Source of the DNA: Laetmonice hystrix
Taxonomy: Eukaryota
Reading direction: 5' to 3'
Length of the DNA stretch: 60,000 bases
Assembly: GCA_965235115.1 (NCBI GenBank)
Contig: OZ249436.1
Location: 37,388,001 to 37,448,000, forward strand
Part shown: positions 25,461 through 37,656 of the stretch, piece after piece
How the letters are laid out: every line of letters begins with the position of its first letter
How positions within the stretch are numbered: position 1 is the first letter of the stretch
Notes under the pieces: generated by a model
Told to the model about the DNA's origin: nothing
What the model saw: only the letters and a program-made list of their open reading frames with translations
The model's database searches: none
Program-made: the position numbers and the translations under genes

Positions 25461-28254
25461 AGCATGACTCTCTGCAACGACGGGAGTTGTTAACTTTTTA
25501 TCATATTTTTGGAGCAGAATTTCCTTATTGTTTCATGCCGCATGTTGGTGTGTACCTTTTCAGTCGACAACCTTTGTCAGTAACCATCTGATGAGGACCA
25601 GAAATTCGTGTAATAGAAATTTAAAGTGCATCAAGCAAGCAATGGACTTCTTTAATTCTTTATTTTACCAAATTATTACTTTGCTGATAACTTGATGGAG
25701 CCTTTGTGAATTTTTGATTATGTTGACAAGAAAGGTATTATCAAATACTGAAGTGCATAATTTATTAAATCGGCAAAAGTCCCAAATGGTGAACCGGAAA
25801 TATGTTATTTTTCCCTGTCCAGTGCAGGTCCTGTATTAAACAAACTGCCCAGTTTATTATTCTTTTATATTCAATAAAGAAATTAAATGAGTTTTGAACA
25901 AAGCGTTAACAGCGTGCAGGATGATAGGCTGCTACTTGACCTCTTGACCTTCCTCCATACATCTCGAGGCTTGCGGTGTTTAGGAAGGTATGGATGAGCA
26001 CTTTTTAATATCGACCTTTAAAAGTACAAAAGTCCGAATTCAGTTGGGATCAAAATAGTCTAAACCTGCCAAATTAAGTAAAATCGTACGTCCTTTTTAA
26101 GCTTGAAAGGCTGAAAGAATCCCTTACAGTGACCACGCTATTCAATCAATCCATCCGTATGACGGCTAAAATGGTCACTTATCTTCTGATCGAGGTGACG
26201 AATGATAAAGGCAACCGACAAAAGAACTTCACAAAGTCCGCCGCGCAAATTCTATTGGATTGTGTGCCAGGCAAGAGCTGAGCCATCCAATTCCACCGTT
26301 TTCATTAGTACCTGCCAAGACGTTTATTAGTCTGTATTAGTCTGAAAGGGGAAAAATGAAACTTCCGGTTTCTTGTGGCTGAATTTTTAAATATCACCCC
26401 CCCCCCCCTTATGTAGCTTATTTGGATCTATTATTTTGTTAATTCTACTGATCGAGTGTCTAAAGGCTGCCAATGTTACTAGCAGGTGTTAACCATTATA
26501 TTAATTACTCCCACATTGTTGCACTTATTATATTATAGGCTCCTAATAATTGTGCCCTCCTCAAGGTCACTGAATGGAACTGCATGGCCGGAGTTTTGTT
26601 ACTTCTTTCCTCTCAATCATCTAATAATATTGATCTATGCTCTGACCCCGTATTCTATATATTAAAAATGGCTTGGCATGATGCTACTGCCAGACATTTA
26701 ATAGTGTCTTGTTGGCAGAAGGACAACATGCATGCACATAAAAACATATTATTTATTTAATATGTGTTTCACCTCATCGCACATCGGATAAAATCATAAA
26801 TTAGTTTTATAGGCCTGGGAGTAATTGATCAGAAGGTGGTACCTAGTGTTACCCGGCTTGCGGCACGAGAAGTTTTAAATCGATAAAAATGTACCTCTTT
26901 TAGTGCCACTCCATGGCCCCGACTAGTTTTCCGAGGCGGACGGCGGCGCCAACAGGCGCTTTCTTCGGACACGGTGAGCTAACGCCGGAACAGCAGCGCC
27001 ATCTCGTGTTTTGGTTCATATTTACGCCACCTAACGGTTTGGGTATGAACCACGGGAAACGTTCAAAAAATCGAATCTTTTCGTAAGGTAAGGGGGAATA
27101 CCTGTGAGAGAGTTTATGGAGTCGGGACTCCCGTCAAGCATTTTGTTGGATTTTAAATCAAGTTTTCGCCTTTTACTCTCGTTGCAACATTTTTCTCAGC
27201 GTCCCCTAATAATTGGTATTGCCTGGAGGAATTCGACCTTTTATTGATAGCTGATTTCACTGTGACCTTCTCGGTTGACAAATACCTAGATCAAATTTCC
27301 TTGTTATATCATGTTATTGCCAGGAGAAAGGGTTTCATGGCAACAGTTTCGGGCGCATTTGCATAAAATAGGCAACGGTTTTTCTAATTCCAGTATCGCA
27401 AAGACCTGATAGTAATAAAATACTTTCTTTGGTAAAAAAAAGAGGAGCATATGGATTATGGGATGCAATCAAGGAAATTATTCTGACCGGGTGGCACACC
27501 CGTCAGTGATGGTCATCCAGACTCTCAGTGGCCCAAGCGAAGCAAGAGTCGGGTGACACAGACTGCACGCCCGTACGTGGAGGATGGGAGAAAACAGCGC
27601 CGGTTACAAATCTCCGAGCAACCAAGTTCCCGCCGTCAACAAAACTTAATGCATCAGCTAACTGAACTCCCACCTCCATCCCCCACAGAGTCCGGATTTT
27701 CAACTTAGTTCAATACCACAGTCCCGGAAAATTGCGTTTTGAGACTATAGGCTAGGCCTATAGGCCTACCCTATACCCCAGGAAATATTAAATTGTCACC
27801 TGTCCCTCCCTCCGGAAAAAAACATTAACGTCCAATCGGGGGGGGGGGTGCGGATTTGTTCTGGAACAGCATTAATAACGTCTGAGATCGAGGTTCTAAA
27901 GATGTCTTTTCCTCCGTACCGAGTGCTCGTTACACGCCTTGCTCAGCAAAGCGTTCCCTTTAGTTCGTATTTGTTCCGATAGGTGTAGCGAGATCTCACC
28001 CTCCGCAGCGCCACCTACTGTGAAAGCGAATTCAGGTAAGATTCCCTCATTGAAACATCCCAAGGATATTCGTACAGTGATTTAAACCAAATAAGGCGTC
28101 TAATATTAGATTTCAAGTTATGTTAGTGTTGTAATAGGTTATTTGTACGTGTACTATGCAAAGAGTCCAGGCCTTGGCCTGTGGGGGGGGGGGGGGCGTG
28201 TCCCACCAGAGTCTAGGAAGACTTTAGACCAAAACTTTAGACTAGAAATTATCT

Positions 28255-28620
28255 TAGACAAGATGTCAGCAAATATTTATGCAGTAAGTAAAGAGATTAA
28301 ACAAAGAATAAAACAATAAAGAAAATATAGGCTGCCTTTACACAGAACAACAACTTAGGGAATCTTCTGATCGATGACAGTTTGCCCTTTATTATCTATA
28401 AGTGATTACTTTGAATTGTTTTCAGCTGAAAGGCTTTTTTAAACAACATACACATGTATTTAACATGGGAACTTTTCCAAAACTTTAGGCTGGAATTTTG
28501 GTCCTGAAAATGATCTCAGACAAGATGTCAGCAAATTGCAGTAAGTAAAGAGATTAAACAAAGAATGAAACAATAAAGAAGATATTAGGTGTTATTAAAC
28601 AATATACGCATGTATTTAAA
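28255..28620 (+). repeat. Local imperfect duplication, offset about 260 bp
   Basis: AGACAAGATGTCAGCAAAT...GCAGTAAGTAAAGAGATTAAACAAAGAAT(A/G)AAACAATAAAGAA occurs at about 28256 and 28517. Confidence 0.8.
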
Positions 28621-29759
28621 ATAGGAACCCTGATGTATCAGTACATGAGTACACCCTTTAGTGTAATCCTTTCACAAGCTGAGCGAGGGCAGAATCTGAA
28701 CGCCTAAAGATGACAAGAAATATTTCAAAAATTATCACGCAAGTTTATTTATTTATTTATTTGTTTATGTTCTTTTAATTTTTTGTTTACTTTTTTTCTT
28801 GAAGTTAAAAATCACGAGCAATATGGCTCTGAGAAGAGACAGCAACATGCGTAGTATACTTTTCAGCATCGCTGTTGAACATATATATAGGCCTAACTAA
28901 AAATATAAAAATATATATAGGCCAAAAAATGGAATAGTTTGCCCAAAATGGAACGAACGAGTATATGGCCATTTAGTAATCTTAAGGGGGCCAACTTATT
29001 AAGACCAAAAAAAACCGACAAATTTGTGTCTTTGCTAAAACCAGACGAGATTTTAATGCCCGTTGTTTATTACAAAATAAGATAGGACCTATTCTTTCAT
29101 TGTTCTACATAATATAAAATACCTTAGGTTATTTTTTCATGGGCATACGTTCAGCTTGACGTATACATCATAGGGACTGAGAAGACTGAGGCCTTTCCTA
29201 GTTACTGTCCAATCTTTTTTTCCGGGGGGGGGGGGGCTTTCCTAACACAATAAAAGGTGTTGTATTCTCTGCTGGTAAAGATTTCCGTTTTCTCTCAGAA
29301 TTCACACAATAATACACTATAGTTATTAGACCGGGAAATTAATTTCTTTACACGCCAACGCTTTCTTTTGTAAAAAAAAAACAGAATGGCGCGAAGTAGG
29401 CCCACATAAAGAGCAACGAGCAAATACTTTTTCTAGCAGCATGAATATAGCCAGTGAGCGATAATTCACAGGTAGAAATGTTTCGATGGACCTTTACACT
29501 ATAATAATTTCTGAGACAAACGCTAATCTGTGCACCTCCTCACAAGAAAGAGCGTTTTTTTATACGATTTTAAAAACAGACAAAAGGGACAACCAACAAT
29601 CTTATATACTTTAAAACACCGTCACGATCGGGGCGATACGGTGAAGATCTTTCCCGGTTAGACCTATAGTCTCCCAAACGTGGATCCATGCAAGAGACGT
29701 CCAGCTCCGATCACAACCAGCATGAATAATGGCGGACAATGAAATTACAGTCCACTGAC

Positions 29760-30050
29760 AACAATCATTAGGACCTTGATCTCTTGCTTTAAGCAGGTTG
29801 GTGGCGAAGCCTGTCGGGCACATGACATTTTTGGCAATGTAACCGATCAATATGCAGCCATTCTTTATCAAATTTTGCGCCATTACTCTTTGACACTTCT
29901 TAAACGAGCGGCAGCCCCGTGGGCCCGTGGACTCAATGGCTATCAGGTGTCTAAGAGCCAGTGTGATGAAAGCGGGGGTCCCCAGAGTGGGCACTAAGTG
30001 CCATTTGCAGGACGGACATGCCGGGGCGAGCCGCAGTGTCCGCACGTATG
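29760..30050 (+). mobile_element. Degenerate LINE RT N-terminal fossil
   Basis: 'EACRAHDIFGNVTDQYAAILYQILRHYSLTLLKRAAAPW' resembles 'KAxGxDxIxxxVLKxxAxxLxxxLxxIFxxSLxxGxxPxxW'. It is followed by 'H*VPFA' (NYRPIA). Confidence 0.4.
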
Positions 30051-30080
30051 GAGTGTCATTTTGGGGGCGTTGGCACAGGG

Positions 30081-30096
30081 CAGCGCCCTCTGGCGG
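30081..30096 (-). promoter_or_regulatory. CTCF-like motif
   Basis: The reverse complement, CCGCCAGAGGGCGCTG, is a strong match to the CTCF consensus. Confidence 0.45.
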
Positions 30097-30372
30097 GTTT
30101 GGTAATGAAACTTGGTGGCATGATCTGCGTGAAGACAAACCACAGCGACTGGCCATTGTGTCCCTTGGAACGATAGTATATAGAGATTTCACTCACGATG
30201 ACCCCACCACCACCACCACCGCCACCACCACCACCACCACCCCACCCCACCCCAAACCCCACCCTCACCACCCCACCTTCAGAGGTAATCTAAATATACT
30301 TTTACTTGTATTTTACTTTTTTACTTGTATTTTTACTTTTACTTCAATTTATATGTATAAAGGTCGTCTTAG

Positions 30373-30820
30373 CAAAAAAAAACCCCGAAATCCTAAAATA
30401 TCACCATCTTGGCCACCATAGGCCAAAACCTCCTCTTTCCAATGAAATAGTAGGCCTACGAAAATCAGTGCATGACGAAATCAATGTTAGATAATCAATT
30501 TTATTCGACATTAAATTTGACAAGTTTGACATGTTGATGCAGACAAAATAATGTATAAAATTGAATATCTAACATTGATTACGCCTTCACCGTTTGCATC
30601 TCATGCACTGATTTTCGTAGGCCTAATTATTGACTTGGTCCCAGGCTGAATTCTGGTTGTGGAAGGAAATAATAATTCGGTCAACTGTAAATCGACTGAG
30701 GAAATTGACACATCATTGGAAAGAGGAAGGGTTGGCCTATCAGATACCATTGGTAACTTATATCTAGTTAGTATCATTTTCCCACAAAATGATGATATTT
30801 TAGCATTTCGCTTTTTTCTG
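30373..30820. mobile_element. Foldback or nested MITE with four concentric inverted-repeat pairs
   Basis: Pairs: CGAAATCCTAAAATATCACCAT / ATGATGATATTTTAGCATTTCG; TAGGCCAAAACCTCCTCTTTCCAATGA / TCATTGGAAAGAGGAAGGGTTGGCCTA; TAGGCCTACGAAAATCAGTGCATGA / TCATGCACTGATTTTCGTAGGCCTA; AATCAATGTTAGATA / TATCTAACATTGATT. Confidence 0.8.
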
Positions 30821-32692
30821 TATATATGTGCCAATGTATTTATAGAGTGTATTATTGCGCGTATGTGTAGATATAGTTCCTTCTCTTTATATAATGTAGA
30901 AGCTATATGTTACTTTTAAATTTTTAAATTTGACGGTTTTGAAAACCGGTGCTGCTTCTGTTCCGAAAATCTTTCCAGGGTAAATAAATGAAATTAAAAA
31001 AATACTTCCATCAGTTAAGTCGTGAAAAGTTGAGCTGAAAATACGCTTTAGAAAAAAAAATAAATGACTGCATTGGTTAAAGGCGAACAGTAGATTTCGT
31101 AGTGGCTTTCGTTTTATGCTATGATGCTCTGTGCTGGGGATCTCGTGGTGAGATTTTGAAGGGGGGGGGGTCATTTAGGGGGTTATACGTATAATTTAAA
31201 AAAAAAAATTGTCATACAATTGATTGATTTGGTCTCCTCTTTTTAAGGGGGGGGGGGTTCTACCTTCTTTTTTATTCTTGAGTTTGCGAGAGAACCAGAT
31301 ATAGGCCTAGTGCAAAAACACAAAACAAATATTATATGTTATAGAACAAGCTATGGCCTAATCCTGGTAACGGCCGAGTCTGAGCTGATGCTTGGGTGCA
31401 TGGGGAAACAGTGCAAACACCAACAGGAGCAACTTGTCCAATCTTGAAGGTGTTGCTCTTCGCAATGTCCCACAATGACAAGAGTCATACAATTTTATGC
31501 TTTATAACCCCAGAGGCCGATACAGTCAGAACAACGCAGTGGCTATTCGAAGAAGTTATCTCTCATTCCTCCTAACCGCATTTCAACGAAAAGGAATACG
31601 CCGGCCTTGCCAGTCCCGGAGGTGACCTTCAAAATTGAACGGAAGTCCTTGGTGCGCGGTCCCTGATCACCTGACCGGGGGCTGACGCCTCCCCCCACCC
31701 TCCGGCCGGCCTGAGGGCCCCGACTACCAGGTCGGCCGTGTCACGACGTCTGGTCCACCACCACACCGCCAATATTGCACCGTTTGTCGTCGACAAATTG
31801 TTGCGAAGACCTGTGGCGAACCAAAAGCTCAACCAATTCCCCGACCGAATTTGTTCCTTTTGTCCTCGCAGTCCCACGAGTCCTGTAGTTTCCCAACGCG
31901 CCCTGACTTTTCCTCTTGTCTGGCGGAGGCAGGCGGTGGCCCAGGATGGAGCGTTGGGGGGGGGGTGACTGTGGGCAGAGGGGGTGTGTGGATCGGACCT
32001 ATACCGGCCCGTCACTGCCCCCCCCCTCCCCAATCATCCGTGTGACACCATACCGTCGCGTGCTCGAGACATGGTTCTGCCCGTGGCGATGATCCCCTAA
32101 AACGGTTGACCACTTGCCATGCGCATGCCCCGCTCAGGTCGGCTCGATGTATTTACAATAGAAACTTCCGACATTCATGTGTCTGAGATTAATGTGATCA
32201 ACCTGCACCCTGAACTCAACTCCACCACGAGCTGAGTGGAGTCCATTATTTGAGAGCAGCTGGTTTATGGGACGCTGTCATTTGTAAGGGTTCCAGGTGA
32301 TACGAGCCTGTCCCACGTCATCAACACGGTATTATAACGCTGTCTTTGATGGTCAGCGATGAAATCAGGGAGATGCATGGTGCACGTTTGATGTATTTCT
32401 ATCGCCGGCATTTCTTCATGGACAGAAATATAATCACTTTACCCATCGGCAAATTATATCGATATACTGGCAATCAATAGCCCACGGAGAAGAATTACTT
32501 TCCAATTACTTTTGAAATAATGGTGTTATCTTTTTTCATGCAAAGATATTTGTCAAAATTTGGAATGGATGTATTGGCATCTCAAGGTAGATGGCAGCCG
32601 TGTTAAGACAAATCAACATTATTGCACTTATAATCATTAATTATTACTGCAGTCTAACAGGGATGGACATTCCTAGGGTTTGGGTTTTTGTG

Positions 32693-32888
32693 GGTACATC
32701 GCTCATGATAACTTAACTCCCACGAAATTTGGCCGAAAGTAAAGATCCCTGGCCCTGACCTTATCCTTAACCCCTAACCCCAGTCCTTACACCTCCCAAA
32801 AACATATCTCTATCCTATCCCTATCCCTGACCTTAACCCTAACCCCTGCCCAAAAATTTTGTGGGAAAGTTATTATGGGGGAATAATC
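32693..32888. mobile_element. Merlin-like MITE with telomere-like interior, copy 1
   Basis: TTTTTGTG|GGTACATCGCTCATGATAAC...GTTATTATGGGGGAATAATC|TTTTTGCG. The TSD matches at 7/8 and the left terminus is GG. The interior is CCCTAA/CCTTAA/CCCTAT-rich and homologous to 42990-43190. Confidence 0.8.
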
Positions 32889-33929
32889 TTTTTGCGCCAT
32901 CTTTTTCACGAGGTGGTCGTCGAGAGATGGGGAAAGTCCATCGCTGGCTAAAATATTCAACATCCACAGCCAAATAACAGTAGTTGGTTCGTAATTTCCT
33001 GCTATAGTTTGTTACCTTCACACTTGTTGAGGACAGTCGTGATTGGATGAGGACAGTCACGTAAACGCTTGTGACGTTACGGTACAACCCCTATTATACG
33101 ACAAAGGAGGTGGACGCCACCCTGAACACCGTGTGAACGTGTGTATACTCGTTTATTCCAAGCCCTAGGGGAAGGAGGCAAACTCCTTGACGGGGACGTC
33201 CAAAGTCGTCAAGGGTACTCTCCAGGACTACAAAACCGGAAGAGGCCGTCCGTCCGACATCTACACACGCCCTCTAGCGGTTTAAAAGAACGTCACCTCT
33301 GGCGTCGCAGAGGTGACCTTGCCCGTCGGCATGGGAACAAGGAGGTGAAATTCCCCCCTCGAAAATGTGCATATTTATCCCGTTAATGTTGATGGGCCAG
33401 TGTCTTAAAGTGAGACCCATCCCACTTTACGCACCAATCGCCCGTCCCTCGGGGGGAAACCTGTTCCTGGTGCCTGTCGGGCTACATCATGTCTGATAGC
33501 CATCCGGTCCCCACCCCGACACGGAGACGCGACGACCGACCCCGTGCGGTGATGGGAGGGGGCACCAACAACCTGTGATTCCCTTGGTCATCAAGCCAAT
33601 GACGAGCGTTTTGTACCCCCCCCCCCCCCAATCTCCTAACCCACCCAAGAGACTGATGTTCCTACACGCCGGTCAGCCTCGCGATTGCCACCAAGACATT
33701 GACTTTTCATTTCTTACGGGGCCAGGCCATTGTGCGCGCCATTCTCCTGGCTTATTACTGTCGGGGACCGGGTCATGCGGCCGGGTGAACCATCATCAAA
33801 GGCGGTGTCACCCTCGCTATGCCCGCGGTAATGCAACGACACCGCCGCACTGATTTAATTTACCCACCACCTCCTAGAACGAGGTAAGGAGGCACTTAGG
33901 CAAATGGCGACATGATTGCCGTGGACAAG

Positions 33930-34470
33930 GTCGGGAATCAAGCCCCGGTCCCTGTCGACCACATGTCCCGGCAGCTGAGAAAGTGCCCCGGGTTGGGAGG
34001 CCGTAAGGAAGGTCAGGTGTGGGTCCTGGTCGGTGTTTGACACTGTGCCGGGACAGGTCACGCGGATGGGGGCCGGTAGTAGTGTATGGAATTGGCCCGT
34101 TAATTCGGGCTCTTTCATAGACGCTTCCCACGTCGATAACACGGCATCGACTGTCCTTAACATCATAAAGGCGTTGACAAGAGAGGTGGCCCTAGGCCTT
34201 AAGTGCACGCTCATAGCGGTCTATTTGGGCGTTATGGTGGCGTCGACTAGGCAAAGACCTGTTATGAATGACATCAAGTATCATTATACGCATAGCGTGT
34301 GGAGGCCAACACTGGTTTGACACGACTATAATGTATCATTTGCCTCCTTTACATTTGTCTCATCCCATGGTTTGTATATGCCATCAAGGATGAAGCATAC
34401 CCGTTTCGGTGCTTTCTTCAAGGCGATTGATACATAATTTAAAGTTAAGTGAATCACATTTACCTTGATG
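33930..34470 (-). mobile_element. Degenerate LINE RT fossil (possibly RTEX-like)
   Basis: 'NYVSIAL' (NYRPIAL), 'LCLVDAT' (CFLDASKAFD) and 'QPGALSQL' (QGGxLSPxL) are collinear. Confidence 0.35.
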
Positions 34471-35609
34471 ACAAATGCCTAGGTGCGGAGAGAATGAATG
34501 TCACTGGGACTAGGCGGTTTATATTGCCATTACATGTCCTCTGGTGGCACATAGAGGGCCCTGACGCTGACTATACATTGGACTATATGATACTGACATG
34601 TCAGGACCGTGGTGGTCCTGCTGGGGGTCCAGTGGTCGGTGGTCCACCAGTCACGGTGAGCTATGGCCCCGAGCCCGATTACATTAATGACATGACACCG
34701 GTCTGACGACCATCGACCCAACCATAATGACCTGACTGAAATCGACCGCGTCCGTTGACACTGACCTTCATAAAAAAAATGACAAATTGTGATAATTCCG
34801 GCGTAAGGGGCATTCGTCATATTACATCACGGCGTTTCACGTCGGCGCGTGGCTGCTGTAATGGAATATTGACGGCAATTTGCGGGGAAGGGCCGTCCCC
34901 AAGGCCCCACGCTCATCAACCCGACCGGGGCATCGCACCACTGGAACCCTTGTGTCCCATCCCGCCGTCGGCGGCCACCCCCCTACCACCCGCCCACCCA
35001 CGCCCCACAGATGGATGGCCCGGACATTGACCACAGTTTGCTGCTACTTTCTCCGGTCCCGAAACCGTCCTTCCACGTCCCGATCAGCGCTATGACAATC
35101 GTGCACAGCACAAATATTTAGTATGGATCCAAGACGCCCGCCCTGCCATGTTGTGGCGATCTTTGGCAACTCGGTCAAATCGGAGGCCGTTGGTCATTTC
35201 TCCCTGTCTCAAAAGTTAGAGGAGAAGTTTAGACTTGTGCGATCCCACATAAAAAAAAGGCATACATGGCTACATGAGGCGTTGACATGAAACTATCAAC
35301 TCACTTAAAAACTAGGTCATATTACTGTTTGGATCTGCCAGTAAAAACATACACTATGGGAATACATAGTCAATCAGCATTGTAAATTACTGATGACGTG
35401 CACTGTGCAAATGTTTGCATCGCGAAATAATATTTATTCTTGAAATGGTTACCACACACATTAATGGTTTAGTAATATAACGAAACCTTTCCACGTGAAT
35501 CATGGTTGGAGGGGTGGTATAGAGGTCGGCGGTACGACAGTGGCGTGGGACTCTGGCTACCGATAACAGGGCTTCCATGTTCCCGTCTCATACATTCCTC
35601 ATTTATAAC

Positions 35610-35680
35610 GTTGTCAGTTATTTGCTACAAGGTCCGTGGTCTTTTTTCTGGATACTCCAGTTTCTTCCACAAGTGAAATC
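35610..35680 (+). mobile_element. SINE central-domain fragment
   Basis: GTTGTCAGTTATTTGCTACAAGGTCCGTGGTCTTTTTTCTGGATACTCCAGTTTCTTCCAC resembles the GGTTTTCTCCGGGTACTCCGGTTTCCTCC core of widespread invertebrate tRNA-derived SINEs. The head is not seen. Confidence 0.45.
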
Positions 35681-36011
35681 GGATACCTTGAGTTTGTTCC
35701 TTTTATTTTCTGAAACATTACGTCCAATCCCAGTCCCTCCCATCCTTATAAACCGTTACAATACCGAGTAGGCCCTAGTTAATTAATGCGTGATATATCC
35801 AGCGACATCAGATAAATTCAACGATCACTGAGCTAGCCATCATATAATTTTGCTTTTACCGTTGGTATAAAGAAACAGACGTAGGGCATACAAAAATATC
35901 AGTCGATTCATGCTTGTTATTTCTTCTTCCCTCTAGTCACAATGGTCCACTAAAATAAAATTAACTGCGTTTGGATGTTTCTGTCAAAAACGTGATCCAT
36001 AGTGTGATTGT

Positions 36012-36130
36012 CCTCTTCTTCTTCATCCTCCTCCTGCTCCTCCTTCTCCTCCTCCTCCCCCTGCTCCCCTCCTTCTTCTCCTTCTGTTCTTCTTCTTCTT
36101 CTTCTTCTTCTTCTTCTTCTTTAGCTTCTT
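36012..36130. repeat. (TCC/TTC)n microsatellite
   Basis: Direct inspection. Confidence 0.9.
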
Positions 36131-36289
36131 CGTATATTGGCCTGATTCGATTTCTCTATATTTTCCCAATCCCTGGGCCCTTTAGATGACGACCTTGTTA
36201 TTGGCCGAAGAGACGATTGCCACTGTCCTCCACTCAAAGAAAATGTCACTCGTGAAAAATCACACCATTAACTAAAACTGTTTTTCAGA

Positions 36290-36830
36290 AGTAAGTTGTC
36301 TTGAGCTCTGCTTACTTCTCTCGTGCTGCAATCAGTGCGAACAGCTTGCTGGCATTGTGGAACGACGGGTGTGTCTTTAGAAGCCGACCATGTCCCCATG
36401 CTGGACACGACCCCAGACCTACAAGTCGACCCGGGGAGCGGTAGGCAATCACGACTCCAGCACATGCAACACAATTTGTAAAGAAGAGTGCCGGGTGGTG
36501 GCACAGATAAGTCCCCCTTTATATTGGATGCAGTTGCCGGGAATGGCAGTAATGGTAGGGGTGCGTGCTTGTGGTCGAGTCGGCGCGGTGACACCACCAC
36601 TGCCTGGTGGAAGCCATCCGTTAGGGCCCACTCAGGCTGACTGCGTGACGGCGACCCAGGTCAAAGTCTCAAACGTCGCTCCGGTAAACAGCACTTCTGA
36701 GTGGGGTGTGGAGGTTGGGGGTTGGAGGCGGAAAGGACACATCCATACGACATGAGACGAGCATCCAAAGGTTGCACGACTCGGAGCCTGAGAGCAGTCG
36801 TGGTGCCTATATCGACCTCAGCGCTTCCGG
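36290..36830 (-). mobile_element. Degenerate RTE-clade LINE RT fossil
   Basis: 'AEVDIG...LDARLMSYG' (EVxxA...IxAELLKxG), 'TITAIPGNCIQYKG...HSSLQIVLHVLES' (IxxIPKKG..CxNYRG..SHxxKI) and 'VGF*RHTRRST' (QxGFRxGRST). Confidence 0.45.
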
Positions 36831-37570
36831 TCGTTCCATAAAGACAACTCACCTTAATTGGACTATCTGTGGTGTCGTTCATCACAAATGGCCCGGCCGG
36901 ACTGACAAGCACCTAATAGGACCGGGGACACCCTGGCCGGCCCCGTGGCCCTCTCTCAACGACCGGCCAAGGCTGCTGGTTAAGTCAATCACGATTGCTA
37001 TTGACGACTGACACCAAAAACGACTAGGAAACATTATGGAATAAAAGAGCGCCGACGGTTTCCCCATTTACGATAATAGTGTTTCCAGTGTGCGTCGTCT
37101 TCACCATGAATCAAAGAGAAAACAGTGCTTACGATCCGCACAACTGCGTTTTGTGACTTTGTGTTTGCCTGTAATATTTACTCTGACCAAACTAGACCAC
37201 TTACTACACACGTATCATAGAGCCTGACTAACATGTATCGCAGGGGTCGTAATTATCCTCCGAGGAGTATACAATCGGGTGGGCCTACGAAAGGACCAAT
37301 ACTTTACCAATTTTTAGTAGAAGAACGGGACTGTGAAGTGATTTGGAGAAGGTATGGGAGACTATTGACTCAACAGATGTTTTGGCACCTATTCGGACGG
37401 GCTCGTATGCTTTATTTCCTCGTCCTCCGGCTGCCGACGATGCATAACCTCCGTCCTCGTCCCCTCCCCGGCCCCTTCTATTGTCAGTTTTGGTAGGAAA
37501 AAATCTAAAGTTTATCGTTCAAACTATGATATATTTACATCACGCCGAGTCACGCAAAGAACGAGAGCAA

Positions 37571-37656
37571 CGAGACATCATGTCGAGTTTATGACGACCT
37601 CGGCAAATGTCTCGAGACATCATGGCGAGTTTATGGCGACCTCGACAAATGTCTCT
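37571..37656 (+). repeat. Short tandem duplication, about 42 bp x 2
   Basis: CGAGACATCATG(T/G)CGAGTTTATG(A/G)CGACCTCG(G/A)CAAATGTCT occurs twice. Confidence 0.85.

Noticed and set aside
25587..25615. Hammerhead core CTGATGA...GAAA
   Set aside because: I could build no stem II or flanking stems.
32750..32850. True telomere or chromosome-fusion scar
   Set aside because: The repeats are short, degenerate and enclosed by TIRs and TSDs of a dispersed element.
34398..34430. Hammerhead-like CTTGAAGA...CGAAAC on the minus strand
   Set aside because: The core is not CUGANGA, no helices I and III are evident, and it overlaps a putative RT fossil.
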